DNA of 64,000 bases from an uncultured Clostridia bacterium (lineage in GTDB: Bacteria; Bacillota; Clostridia; Christensenellales; UBA1242): positions 7,482 to 71,481 of the forward strand of contig CALWPL010000005.1 in the NCBI GenBank assembly GCA_944383405.1, in the 5' to 3' direction. The notes beneath the pieces were generated by a model. That model had not been told where the DNA came from, ran no database searches, and saw only the letters and a program-made list of their open reading frames with translations. Positions 49,901-51,178 of this stretch are shown piece after piece. Made by a program: the position numbers and the translations under genes. Within the stretch, counting starts at the first letter, position 1; each line of letters starts with the position of its first letter.

Positions 49901-50991
49901 TGGAATTACTTGATAGTTCTCAACTTGGTGTAAATCATAATATTATTGATAGAAATGTAGAAGGAAGTGTTGGAGAAAATAATGTTTATGCATTAAGCCT
50001 TTATTGGGATCTTGGAAGTGCAGATGTAGACTTTGACGCAGTTTTAGGAAATAAAATAATAACTAGTGAAGACGGAGGGCAAAGTGAAACAAGAGCGTCA
50101 TCAGGTATTGAAGGAGATGTTTTTGTTGATACATCAGGGACGGTTAAATTAAATACTCAAAAATTTTTAAATTCAAAACAGTTAACTATGGATTGGTTTA
50201 ATGGTTTACCTTATGAGTTCTTTAGTTTTTGGCAGAAATACCATGGGCGTCAAAATTTAGATGTTACATTTTTACCAATTCCTAATGCTAGTGGAAAACT
50301 TGAAAATGACGATACTATTTATTTAAATAACTCGTCAAATAGATTTAGTGCAGAAGATAATTTTTCTTATAATGTTACTAATTTACATTATGATTATGAA
50401 GTATTTGTAGGCAATAGTGTTACTTATACGCCTTATGGCTCAGATATGGCAAGTATGATGGAGCAAATTAATCAAGGTATAGCAGGAATTGCGGAATCTT
50501 TGGGGATGGATCCACAACAGATGATGGCTTTATTTGAAACTATTGTTGAAAGTAGTTCAGGAGCAGATATTGAAATAGGTAGTGGTTATTTAGATTCAGT
50601 AGTATCTGGCTTGGGTCTTGTGAAAGATGTTGTAGCAATAATACTTTATTTCTGTACTGGTAAAGTAGATATTGTAATGCTTAGTTATGTACTAGATATT
50701 GTTGATTTTATTAAAAGAGTTCCAGTAGTTGGTGGCTTAATTGGTGGTATCTTAGGCTTATTCATGGATTTACAATTTGCAATTCCTTTCCAAGGAGTTT
50801 CACTTTCAACATGGAAATCATGGAGAGATATTCATCATCTTAATAGTAAAGAAATTTTAACTACATTTACTAGTGCTTTAAGAAATGCTACTTCGTTTAT
50901 TACAAGTTTCTTTGGACCTCTTGTAGGACTAATTGCAAACTGGGGAATGGATATCATTTTGTCAGGATTTGAATATACTCTTCCAAGTTAA
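16963..50991 (+). CDS. Giant (11,342 aa) membrane-anchored surface protein: InlB-B/Listeria-Bacteroides repeats, Pmp-like beta-helix modules, BspA-type LRR, hydrophobic helical C-terminus
   Basis: Uninterrupted ORF with strong SD; TM at ~17350-17418 after KKPQSKKRK; recurring F.GW...LYA.W repeats; many N.A..GG(A/G)IY repeats; IG..AF..C LRRs at ~37540-38800; terminator downstream. Confidence 0.92.
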   Translation: MDNNKENNKPESNFKETSSLNTTSQNTSSTPGGDSFADKSSQDNFTQKPSGSFRGVPPIKGAPPIKTDATKGFQGVPPIKTNNVNPSSVGGNLQNISEQNIEKEKQADEKLAHYELAKEKKPQSKKRKNIALLIVILVFLACGGIVLGIFLAPDREYTVTFVDWPVEIPEKTVTEGAIFTAPVPQDIYSNDGVLLLHFEGWTYKDGRDYVPSALRSNITLYAKYTATEITTTFVIPNVYSPNLSQYIYLTDVTTEYYSETIDISSLLGELENFTSDKYDNISNALGFNISTSEIVGQINDVTTASFSQFIKNYYNYATFTILGDDQVYSTQDEIPTPSGDSIVVIGVEPKQVEILFNSNLLSIKDEYDFASGEFNEGDFVNQEISHKINYGADYTFQNYIEVGSWYVPKNHEFLGWSLVPPTLDEEGTINPAFGTTNTYISYGEIRNINRTFLSNNTKITLYAVWDQYMTDLRIYTDYSSTGGLVETEVSVGVSRPVGEWAQNYMELIEKDGYALIGFNTEPDLSGLTLSLDTPLEGGVDSPYYNAEQGCIVLYAVYRKEVNETYIDINDDDLDVAEIDSSLLEELLSIDLNIDEGYVYDNIDNIEILFDEALRRITITNLLAGASIFLPSFDRNHYTLINYTLGYGSHNSGSEYIINETDISFDANIELDAVWEGEDVNFVIHGYMEGENEVIESITVPYGSSVGLSYNNEFVNNETLLHGEFYNRATSQMIASINFNRVGYLFLSWVDSEGVEIDDSTLQVFTINSLFNEIYANWTECLYDITYVLNGGSYENRDDGASSMDSYVEEDVPYGSEISLISSDIERVGYYLEGWATDGNVDAQVIYDYETEKIVVENELTLYAVWTKAYSITLYLDGERNDERVVYVDRDNTFVLTGKEFGDEYNFSRYNASESGDAYEIVTGDSRQEYVFSVDVQLYAMWFEVCFEEGDTDGIYQVGGSAPSSFYVTNKTNFALPKNTFEAHKYYKFNGWDRNGETYTTSYRVDEESQISQLVFDATWGYKDVRVELYFDDVVTGAYASGMAVNNQFVITKANGRYPQQIGREIDYIFDYDSARYINAETENNEIILDIPNPNDNMIEVEGQDYYIYRLYTKWKLNVTFISTEGTTPASASWHLGSTYTGDNSLDVPLEDISSEYSLVMPNGEDDLGFYVDRRTFSHWNNEVLGDSQVGDTVVLTDDITFNAVWEGTKYSIRVIDEENVNSTKVVENIEYGETYSIAELIGLDQETFRSKYEDTVANYYKQIANIYYYYRIGEQIYQREFELDDSLVFATVEGGEIGGFIAEDDITDDDTTHKTPDEIILNIRWEEVVYDVRINLNGGNWDALSGENYFDYGAELYRDENNEYYFVYKVRYSVIRDGGNGLNIAYLGLNRSGYRLDGFSVNEDENISIVDGRGYVYTFSGTAGEYDELYGQETISQIDASWQEILTIGFNTNGGTSTEEISNLIVDVVYDEVVGVDIAKFNIPEIDLRRENCTLVGFYYTNNSDELKAKSTYTFSDRYILNNDFLFSVGEEVIITREIIDTYGSTTNSSLTMYAIWKTNIVFNNTLVNEEVAGYYTPNSPEMIESSENTFTIEFYCGIELSLTELNGYYFDLKNTDVYSPNGWRYGSQDINQLVVDGGIQLDSIWLENSVRIYMKNYNGSDFGSNPIYFESSNGEQVDLNSEYKTLMQSSIMPSLYGYNFIGWSTSVDGNLISINDESVIVYDSENLYTVPNVVSTVYAVYERCEVRVVYDKNSSDAVGEEVTVSGLEFGNTYLLRTDIDYTLTYFNLDGFATTSDAVVPISDSNIIFDNSLTYETRNEEGVIVYTLRLYAVWSRQTKEVRINLQGGSFYNSGVEENLEAFFDPTKDNRIQSYVLNSTNIVLRVFIGLGDEFGFNLPSEEYLAREGFVFDYYTLGEGTLEYEGGQFIRCDNTQPYVFDIHWLEIITIQIYSNMSEDDENYISFDVVYEDLITFDPANKTIYNYSAENEEDAEIVLDFSRNHYYIEAFTSNESGGAEYVYGTNYNVNDGAFIILDSAIKIYCQWKGVDISLTFDANDNAQDPENSTITQIENAFSYGETIKLSDFFSVSERVDGDIGYEFSHLVDEFGNEYQLDANADFNPETSNLEFRTNYTFNAVWAPREYSVIYNFGSGYYITEEGSREKTVTLIYKYGDKVDLLEVTNENSIHEEDSYEGRTYPLYEFDSFTSEDVEVLDGTFTMPNFNIEFMASWVSKDISIIIDSTGGIIGDVVGEPSYSGEIGDNPNGYNLSFEGVNNTNLVVSNLKVGDVVELETLPSPYNLGFSYSYNYLVNYTGEGEFDATVNGFQTFGASDEFELNTDRINSSTLNLNELWNEERQAFVLYFTVVWSTNSYIVSYSMTKPLIENGYSVNASSNITNVDSISQAMVYGEESTLAGPMTLNGWTQTGWSLEVNLNNQTDENTFLFSDGVAETPQIYNFITEDSIVTLYPIWEQNEYDIIISDNLNTDNIIGPSGASSSITVKFTYDESSTIQELLDRNQITINSYTFKDVYLRYAGFKYEGQTLGVMEFNTDDELVFCLAPQGFIDGEDFSANSIELQIVWEEVAFGIHFNLLGGKSEYNSSGLLSNFDNETGYYTLEGEVLYSDLKQGFYIDEYFDAQEDAISFDDEDISYTLAGWSLNNYDMYCLKGELFSLDLGTNEQIESILAPNEDGEFDYIFEFYAIYNDRLVIIDANGGSVNLNIGSEITASDGQVWIADEYEIYTYSYSDAEIVISTNLYDPFVLSNYHIDLDIEDETHTVNRTSDESNILYAPWVGNRRYVVVDSRMNNTLQVGSGFKSTIITDNNVYYGYVEISSEEASTQSDVYVYSYNSSTDVGEFIPYDAGGTYSEDTHFYQKVNNRALLIETRFGEEIDDLSLITIDGITSNFSGWGDDFGVYSDEGTLLLVQGQNDEIIYLYAHIDEVIVTYNLNGGLYNNLDNIEITDGNDADGDDILDPYGIARPKNDDGRYYVYLPGKRVNGYDRGPLKWGYTFLGWSNTYIDYNAYIEAVEKGETTAESLIVPSDENNVRNIYYLQGVQNETLYAIWEPITTTFTFISKSSANDPDAESGPNSINVVVTAQYGDTILFPVKGDGSENGTIIDNWTNSDQNMVFTGWRIDFPNGESQSRTLSQGQEYVLTQERDFSPYGSAPTEITVYSIWKRANVTVKLYVGQGSTRDYAYFGPESQEGFETDNYGVYMKTISTLGGTYVIPELDDFYLKNMYASGVYFDNTYGYPVVADYIVIRQDDVVDGVLSLYIKWDNAQSFIRNFYGNYNKYFGSLETALLAAARISTSEDLDRYEQRIKDKGSVEVVIINTANRFNLSQEVVIGENFNFAVSLDEESVSVSKTIQRSSSYQGVIFSVGLGSSLSFNALNSYKLYLDGGNISAQSFIKANGATININSGVDISNMFNNGSLIEENKTAGAIWVQNGRVNVTGSIISDNRIVTNGTHNVYGAFLYANNSNVYINACQFENNTIQGAGSLFGGAVAVENGGEIVITNTNFLNNKAQSTGVNGTTGGYGGAVYVGGGQNLTLNSTFDYTFSTNWADFGGAIAVVGSQSKQSQVSLVYPYANYNYAIKGGAFYFEYADIIVETISLLGNGSTAPTESITSSNQEISEYGGGIYAGQKTNLVLTIELDDITEDNEISDSFGFSDIMNNRGRLGGVIYTEGLSLIVHAYSFTGNGTNIADIEEMGGVIYAKGFADSEGNINDINKVEIYVSDFSLNNADYGGVMYVGDGASIKLTTLESLIEEIEKKIAEGETISTDVYDSVSGNMEYNSALKGGAIYFDSTTTDSLIEYTAIDFNMKNTDGESSDYGGGIYIANGQVTLGERGIIYKNSAIYGAGAYVGAEEVSGLEEGQENPVAKLIVDGGAFVYELIQYPSSLVTEYNNYVAKIEELEKQLEEDPDNAELQKELEDAIAHREDVMQQILDFEIVSQDGNYGYNGGAVYVGKYGYVDFASGRIAGTQMFGEQLGEFVYNEGTVRYGYVNSEQNVVNGVGYQIYNTGSFDIYGTGEMVSRPRVYIDKTEDGEAYDYLLVSNLNYNISNTIEIVLPTDSYIHDIPIVKFASQEAYDNYLTLMETREAPLFELSDSTITLDTDDDQLALVLHFKSYEIRFRDISNDNITVPNPLTFTYKEINKDTIIDEINAYTVIRDGYRFAGWAFYVETTPEGPSTSRNSIAIEYKGTDNFEISTVINQEVAGQTFYSIDKLPELIPEVLPAHNVYLYAVWEPKPYTIKYKYDTNYGGYTNVEEYTINGHPVTDENLLGLSQLAYYTNSVILRNVADINKVELVAYEPLTTVVRDSSGVPTSVTTERLNTTYTNIAYEEGTGRYYYTANDTYKYYIESDTSSFRVLNVDENGFIYESNEPSEQIYPKQVIVGGVTYDVENNNGQRIVLINGTTYSLRSAYRPDNYEVSHIEINGSNYYDLGDAFQILNSNPFAICFEEPYEIYFTIYFKRMSVDINFVVDSEDETGENNFTIERYVGAEITLPTGSIVRYDDIEHLIYKEGSVLKGFVDETGKEYSLGERYIVSETTTGAHTLTAVWESAVCYVEGVVRTDTGVVNKYYSSLEDAINDINLDNFDVGKSEYSLWIIDTNGTPNTEEIIITLNETLVINSNITISTQGDSAVRFVYSEEFNSSNPMIRVESKILTIGSNNGPQIIFDGTRNASLSSIFIVDVSGQINIGNRAVITQGKISTTSSASTLGGAMTIYGIVNINGCSEDTIMFTNNQSVNGGAIYIANGGLLTVKAQKESGSLFAKNNAILGGAIYVAKGGNLDIVSNAQSSLIISDNSAKDGGAIYLELGVGSVILENVTFSGNIATNGGAIYAVGDFMIKSGLTFISNSAETSGGAIYTDANLSVSGGTFSSNSANMGGAIYSGSYIYVSGGTFDANDVSAGYGGAIYAVGELSIDGEVVISNNKGNFGGAICVDSCVAVISGSVIISNNIALRGGAIYVRNESSLSITDNAEISNNTANSQGSSAESGTTIITGGGAVYLDSSRLYLNGYLTNNTSVNGGAIYAAGASSIILDGVSEITNNTARENGGAIFITGSSSLQIQAEDVLISENSAGVFGGGIYYSSSVNSVLEYGLVADNSINSNSNMTSYNGTEIYLANSATDTSTNSLSITLSGVIIGNYDSSLVENTYAVYVGTRSILYVTDTSEINGEVYTKGLDKNRASMGIVLSGSAFVRDIFLNQYAYAVVEGTLTSTRLTTNGKKINLHFSYYNEDDPNKTPNDTKMVRFNNIDSLNLNKDYFNLVKDIAELTDYCLQITTESSFAWLVIMEIAQVIYINPNGGTIEFEGVTVSGDTSLEIVNLPQRGSLAFLDEIVGHKIGYAMLDTFVDRDSNVIYTSDSELPIYVLTLLVQWTSKDYDVKFIRNGDNGTTTEQTSLKYEAYTRLGTASLTYNTFAGWELAYMENDELVYTGIIFNANTNFSLMSINDENLVSSVTGETGSQIFEKIDGGDNTVYLVSSFTPIEVEILVHGNGGVAIDSTVDSRYEKIQIDEDTWMYTCAQSELYVDYNDFVEDFEYQDHAVDGLFTGTDGVYDEGFDVMYDEINSSINISNVTRLELYCHWKNVVAYIRKDATNEDNERRIYFDDLVEAVNALVTGDDLVIVASNIYLTNTLNFDVDVDVYVRGNVTIHRQNGFYDFLITISSDVNILPENDESSLTIDGNGSAGVATNGSIRVASSGNLVLESGITIQNAFSKENGAGIFADGSLVINGAVIQNNRTMSNGGGIYATGGLQINEGTIISNNTADGFGGGIYIGSGLFNIVKSTISENNAKYGGGVYYASNLAGEISGGQIINNSTSNGEQYFGGGIYIALNSGALVLSEGVAITGNTSGYGGGVFIVGNNDGNSDYNLLIENAVISGNTAVYGGGIGIGDTAYNYNKHVIRMLDGMITNNTATYGGGVSIFRGTFELRGGSISSNIATSGSNMFISSVSSNFYGVASIIGGVIGNATEDSGDIYVNAKNSTIGGKLQLSGFYEIYSHVKVANGAKINVVGVISSDTPSIIIEPVATSSMGEISNYPTGNNLLVVVNFENLIAVQQDKFDLIEDVKNQGVNSYRLKTIEQDIVITSALFTLTIDPMDGVLSSDGEIEYTTDNDLWLTEVYYTSSVYEALSHVTASIENRYFMGFYTYVDEEKVYIDEDFTMPYDDLTVYVEWSNDYYVLTINFNDTRSLSGTQARFNIAGADLTAGEIYDEENRQISLEVFVDGDGTSYGAQAINRIAGLLTRNNYTILGFSPSQLVDGNNEIYGQDGNEFLMPEGDITLYVLWLGNPYTVTYNSNRPSRQNAEQIQIEYTFDELINVGDEDTFDTPGYNLIGWSLSSNSQEVEYEVGESTYNLIDDNNQGISLYAVWEAIEYVVHYDSNMQGRVVEGEIEDDIFVYGVEKSLSSKSFTTIGYTQVGWSLDPNCDSDSTDNYYSFEDNLIAINLTTEDEVTIYAVWAQNTYYVNLHESGVEGSLIVSTVSVLYDSQDTSLPLATQVFGNSNSYYFAGWSLTPYADSDDAQIDFEDGQVLYNLVESGEIDLYPVWIARKVIIYANNNTEDAVTINAQTNGNIVISKEELSSLVTYPGFEIGDLSTNAQVALGTRYNFDNYGVITISAEANQENEIILYIAWRARQYTFNFVVDNEQYDALSSQIKSAKVSGGNAYTNFTDDNRIYAYDDILEGVEFYGWSVDSECSTLDFELGSYNELTSDVFEKFMMYQDVTSSTLTLYAVLSQTYQITYNLNNNSHNVIFGSTTNITGENSVTTDVIDINTPVQLAFSDYQGNVWEIADIDSSNPSSLYAYFLGWAFDSNAEIPDFVEGQEVGLQFSGNITLYAVWGYYTNPFYFEYVSQGEGVAISGLSQLGLTNLSESAHVVFPRHTLKVSNNTYSMGEQIVGIMSSTQEINNITSVDLAYMDNLQTISEFAFANYSNLTSISSVPQQAEIGGGAFSGVSIESVEFESGEQDRYLLDEKGNIYLVSGMSASLHTILVKNSSESIVIGENVQLGSASYAVSEILSYALYNTTFNNVEVTEDVSKISENALGGVNGLSNLVVPFIGTQNDVTSSQTLATMIGDDLIQSLRVVTVTNQTVVLVGAFSGQEYIEEVYYTSGITLINNDAFNGCVSLSMLKGVGEEDFDMSLCTQIGSRAFYGCTSLPTSINFTVTTSIGNEAFSNTNITKVSLSREIESLGTSENREMYTAFKNATNLTEAYVYSTYAFEAVINNTNIKGGDEVNGTIYTDVNFYLVLNNLTDNLLKEKYFSYNIVVYDRVEVFEGNQSVGVYNTLEEAVINAQAGQRILIKADTQITQQIAIDKDISIYAGFSVVDEDDDAYEYAQNREDVYVSVSDALKNTPVFIISSSNVNFGGSFIGDMYSENYLDGNLNIFANNSRSASMIVSTNSNITFGEKMRIYDFKTSSDAQVNGSVAQLLGNTTLTSIGANIRDNSATNGGVFYVDDSELIINSGIINNNSAVNGGVAYVTKQGRVYIEQTNQVSITDNSASMYGGVLYVDTTILDENYAVHIGSSTISNNSANQGGAIYILDGIVSVNSEDANIISNSAATHGGGVYVRGGILSVRSGNIGSVDGANKAVSGGGVYVGLQGIIRLLGQNASISYNTATNGANIYFASQIDTNGLISELSAGIISYGNNGQDVQNKFGGGIYQESGILYLKDSIIISNNSAEYGGGIYLANGVLSIKNTASNSEEASGFGVLQNQASVGGGLYLANGEATISGSDIRQNTASENGGGIYINGGNLRIENTRTCLSNVSENTSQNGAGIYIDKKGAVTISSSNISSNTASMSQEGNDGNGGGIYLQSGSLTLRTAQITNNVAGQNGGGLYIPNAQTNISFTMYEDTTISQNSAVNGGGIYVDRALDISQGLISANTATLGGQIFVGKNAVLTLDKVEITTQNNDIENYTLGVYLEQGGVANAFSITNYTNIHRADTYVYLSQGSIVYVIDRFTADYQVKLYIEEAVAGKKVKVAQFARNDYASAGKFYARYTAFTKETNSIYAVEATVIASLNKEITGNDESEVNYATLKEAVELCQNNSYLRLIGNQEITSTLAVSVPEGKTVTIITDGEQIITRGTEVNGSVYNGYLITVFGTLLLNDEESDNNLLVIDGKKAQNSSSLIYVGDSGRLNIYNNVEIKNNDASLRIYDLTRPNTNKKISISDAYNGGAIYLGGGSIVMHGGSIYNNSARNGGAIYVSSGSLDIRGGSIGFETESGILGNTALQNGGGIFVESGAVILGESQIIGNSAVNGGGVYVYRQGTLEIERTTISSNTATNSGGGLYLASTRSGESYFMTGGEISRNSAVNGGGLYISGGTIIMETDASQISNLFDLNSASKNGGAIYVADTGLINMSGGVLTNNTASENGGGIYYSSNNVNLSSGITDSSIGLQNHGNSAVNGGGIYITSGNIVITGLDFSSNEFSSVISGNTASQNGGGVYVGGTGAVSLIRTGISNNNAVNGAGIYITSTRNIELEGSLVSANSSSGNGGGIYQENGNLIITTTADEQLDGIEGNTSQTNGAGLYIVGGFTRIDSTLIQNNNSITGTGAGIYVGGGEVEITTSNISNNTISGEQKDGQGIYYNAGNLTLLGENIIQNPTSQEARSGSILIQGETSLEESFTISGSISYIYDAIYLKDKGSWINSYEGDESEVASNMAFSQGSNPDATILIKVDSAKDVGDKVAKFSASSILRNDLISMFELDMNSQRMLVQGTGDNADFIILQSQFFQLVVGKEGEVGEIVGVFTSLTELVENLHLYSDRVSERGYLVFVNFNSSEDSYVVNSTVNSNVYEEYLSGFSKKITITPRAENQIFTREDGASDIAIFNVFEGDEVYLGFNSQFNDFYEQFKVNKDTSKLIFEGSENSASSIITNFGKLTLGKGVEVRNEFITSEEGAVNSYGELVVDGAVLHNNEGINGGAIYVADGTFNMLSGEIYANYAINGGAIYISTNVEATISGGTIGRQNEEGSRDELRNIAINGGAIYVAGGLLNITGGDISFNYASEMGGAIYITPSMTVTGSVSGRVVISSSTLPQEMTYISNNEAGENGGAIYVEDNFIDQNVSFADRLKTLTINGGIIDNNTAMFGGGIYATNVRIEDNEKFYTGATEFVDSGVSSYVYGVSIEINGGTIDRNFVEFDAQMQDIGLGGGIFIYGGEMQMNGGIISGSANSYIALNGGGIYLKDSVVTINDGIIRNNEVGNNGGGIYVDKTSTFTLNGTSSTLISNNYAYANGGGIYQEKGKTNLATGVDTYEEVTVSGKVILIGGTITGNIVETGGKGPGAYVNTEAHDFVLGAGIVNGEVSLLSENLVINDILYLANDSLIYVNAKYNPAYNTLDRKIPVACDYTSDTYTKLDGERVIIARYTSAIDEADSVSIEAKLFTGKDNAQQDYCFIIYNGYDVVIGRMNVAKYIEGQSVSFFETLEDALESVKNNLNTTIYILVDEQQQAFRLTMEKKVTLTGEKHIRVTSGKYDKETDTLTEYGVNERYLSVYIGNYGGGDIITLQMDTGSQLMFDNIRIVGNDDAENKAINLFRVNSGNLTLKNVIVEKNVSKSDGTLINVSGGSAHLIGDIVSRDGTQVEGMLVSQGAAQLGIINVSKGELLLSGEGVLITQNTVEAGTIYVTDGTITIENGANIMGNIARSNGGGVYLTGKNSNLIVDGANISSNSALNGGGLYIEDGAIEFSGANITDNEATNGGGIYIDIEFEMDLGYDSNSYISRNIAESYGGGIYATADLTIGRGVIVSENEAYYGGGVSVRDGDLLVTGGAQISSNIAISSGAGVYSTSGNITIEEATISNNSMPVDSTEMLGGGIYIAGTDSKLTILGLANIIGNSAIYGGGIYVGPGVIFEMSQGNIGGNSALENGGGIYFIGKSFTMTGGSIAGMAQSDSEAISGNSALNGGGIYLAGGVFDMSNGNIGAQGYGNTATNGAGIYVNGAQITLEGNGVIEGNIADGGNGGGVFIDKTDSGVNQIIGNFQIVSNEATNGGGLYITNGAFTISGGNIGVKGKPNKAVNGGGIYANGGRLEIENGNISYNEATSAGGGMYINMCGVISKDANNEVSALVDFISGDIAYNRADSGTAPDSVEAKANGGGIYLAGNEYTSSASGVLNINSQAVIYGNYADGNGGGIYNSGRIIMEGGKIGKTSNNDNDKNIAIGSGGGLYVNNGYLYLVGTGKSNGTSIINNQATNGGGIYIENVADRDEGVAGEPSVIANVVFTDNSAVNGGALYYVSGNLLFYNNIVQKNTATSTKVTTPEGEQITGGGGGGLYLSSPTGKNVSEEVKNAKFTIEGGTFGGSESKYANTAQNGGAIYAETGNFTIKGGEISEILDINEEKLTFERTAANLLISYNEATNGGGIYVEGVIDTNACIVEITGTLSDSGKYGVVITKNTAKENGGGIYNLSGIVNLEKAQIITNSAGGDGGGIYSVSGGDSSNSESLGFKLISGEIYKNKAANGGGIATGGVNLDGVIYAGRTQIQANIYENEALLKSSTSLNDSTGNGGGVYVMGSPDISGSMVTITPNDGSISETGTKIEETSIHDNSATRGGGLYMAGGYVTLNMNILNNTADQGNERGGGGGAYIIGGTLNHESSSIMNNKARNGGGIYVNGGTYASSTPNGCVQYNEASNNGGGIYFGSGELAFNGTVTRNVAKNGGGLYIASSQNESNLRIGGMIGEIAPLTRDPYQNGKEGFTGNRAQENGGGVYIEGGNYTLSVDIVGNSAYNGGGLYIEGGQITFGKEDNTSFTPVIARNAATLNGGGIYVGGGASLDIINGTIVGSDKPSNEFNEFIVSLGLASESGSSDDESSSTENSDDSEKLGSNIATFGGGIYVAGMGKLEDDNDTRTQVQIIAASIGFNIATKQGSSKGGLGGGLYSDSKSGESVIGLSLNTTVNRNIAGSMGGGAYLDGTWLYLSDTASIVENTCCETKSGGGLTYVQGLAGSPDISGVKPYIHEVYMIDGGLELLDSSQLGVNHNIIDRNVEGSVGENNVYALSLYWDLGSADVDFDAVLGNKIITSEDGGQSETRASSGIEGDVFVDTSGTVKLNTQKFLNSKQLTMDWFNGLPYEFFSFWQKYHGRQNLDVTFLPIPNASGKLENDDTIYLNNSSNRFSAEDNFSYNVTNLHYDYEVFVGNSVTYTPYGSDMASMMEQINQGIAGIAESLGMDPQQMMALFETIVESSSGADIEIGSGYLDSVVSGLGLVKDVVAIILYFCTGKVDIVMLSYVLDIVDFIKRVPVVGGLIGGILGLFMDLQFAIPFQGVSLSTWKSWRDIHHLNSKEILTTFTSALRNATSFITSFFGPLVGLIANWGMDIILSGFEYTLPS
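39412..42230 (+). repeat. Dispersed identical coding repeat AATAGTGCAGTAAATGGTGG (NSAVNGG)
   Basis: Identical 20-mers at 39412, 40582, 41767 and 42211 within beta-helix modules. Confidence 0.8.
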
Positions 50992-51033
50992 ACAGATTTA
51001 TATAAATTTACAAATCTAGTTAATAATTCAATT

Positions 51034-51072
51034 AAAAAAGGATGGTGTGTAAATTATACATTATCCTTTTTT
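51034..51072 (+). terminator. Intrinsic terminator after giant gene
   Basis: AAAAAAGGATGGTGTGTA-AAT-TATACATTATCCTTTTTT with G-U pairs. Confidence 0.8.
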
Positions 51073-51112
51073 ATTTATAATAAAATTATCATTTTTAGAA
51101 TTTGCAATTTTA

Positions 51113-51142
51113 TTGACAAAAATTTAATATAAATGATATTAT
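51113..51142 (+). promoter_or_regulatory. sigmaA-type promoter of Fe-ADH gene
   Basis: TTGACA-18 bp-TATTAT with extended -10 TG. Confidence 0.55.
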
Positions 51143-51178
51143 TTATTTGTTTGTTAAATGGGAGTTAGGAAAAATATA

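Noticed and set aside
16963-50991. Autotransporter, CdiA/filamentous haemagglutinin, RTX or sortase-anchored adhesin
   Set aside because: No C-terminal beta-barrel, TpsB partner, GGxGxD nonapeptides or LPxTG; the gene context is monoderm
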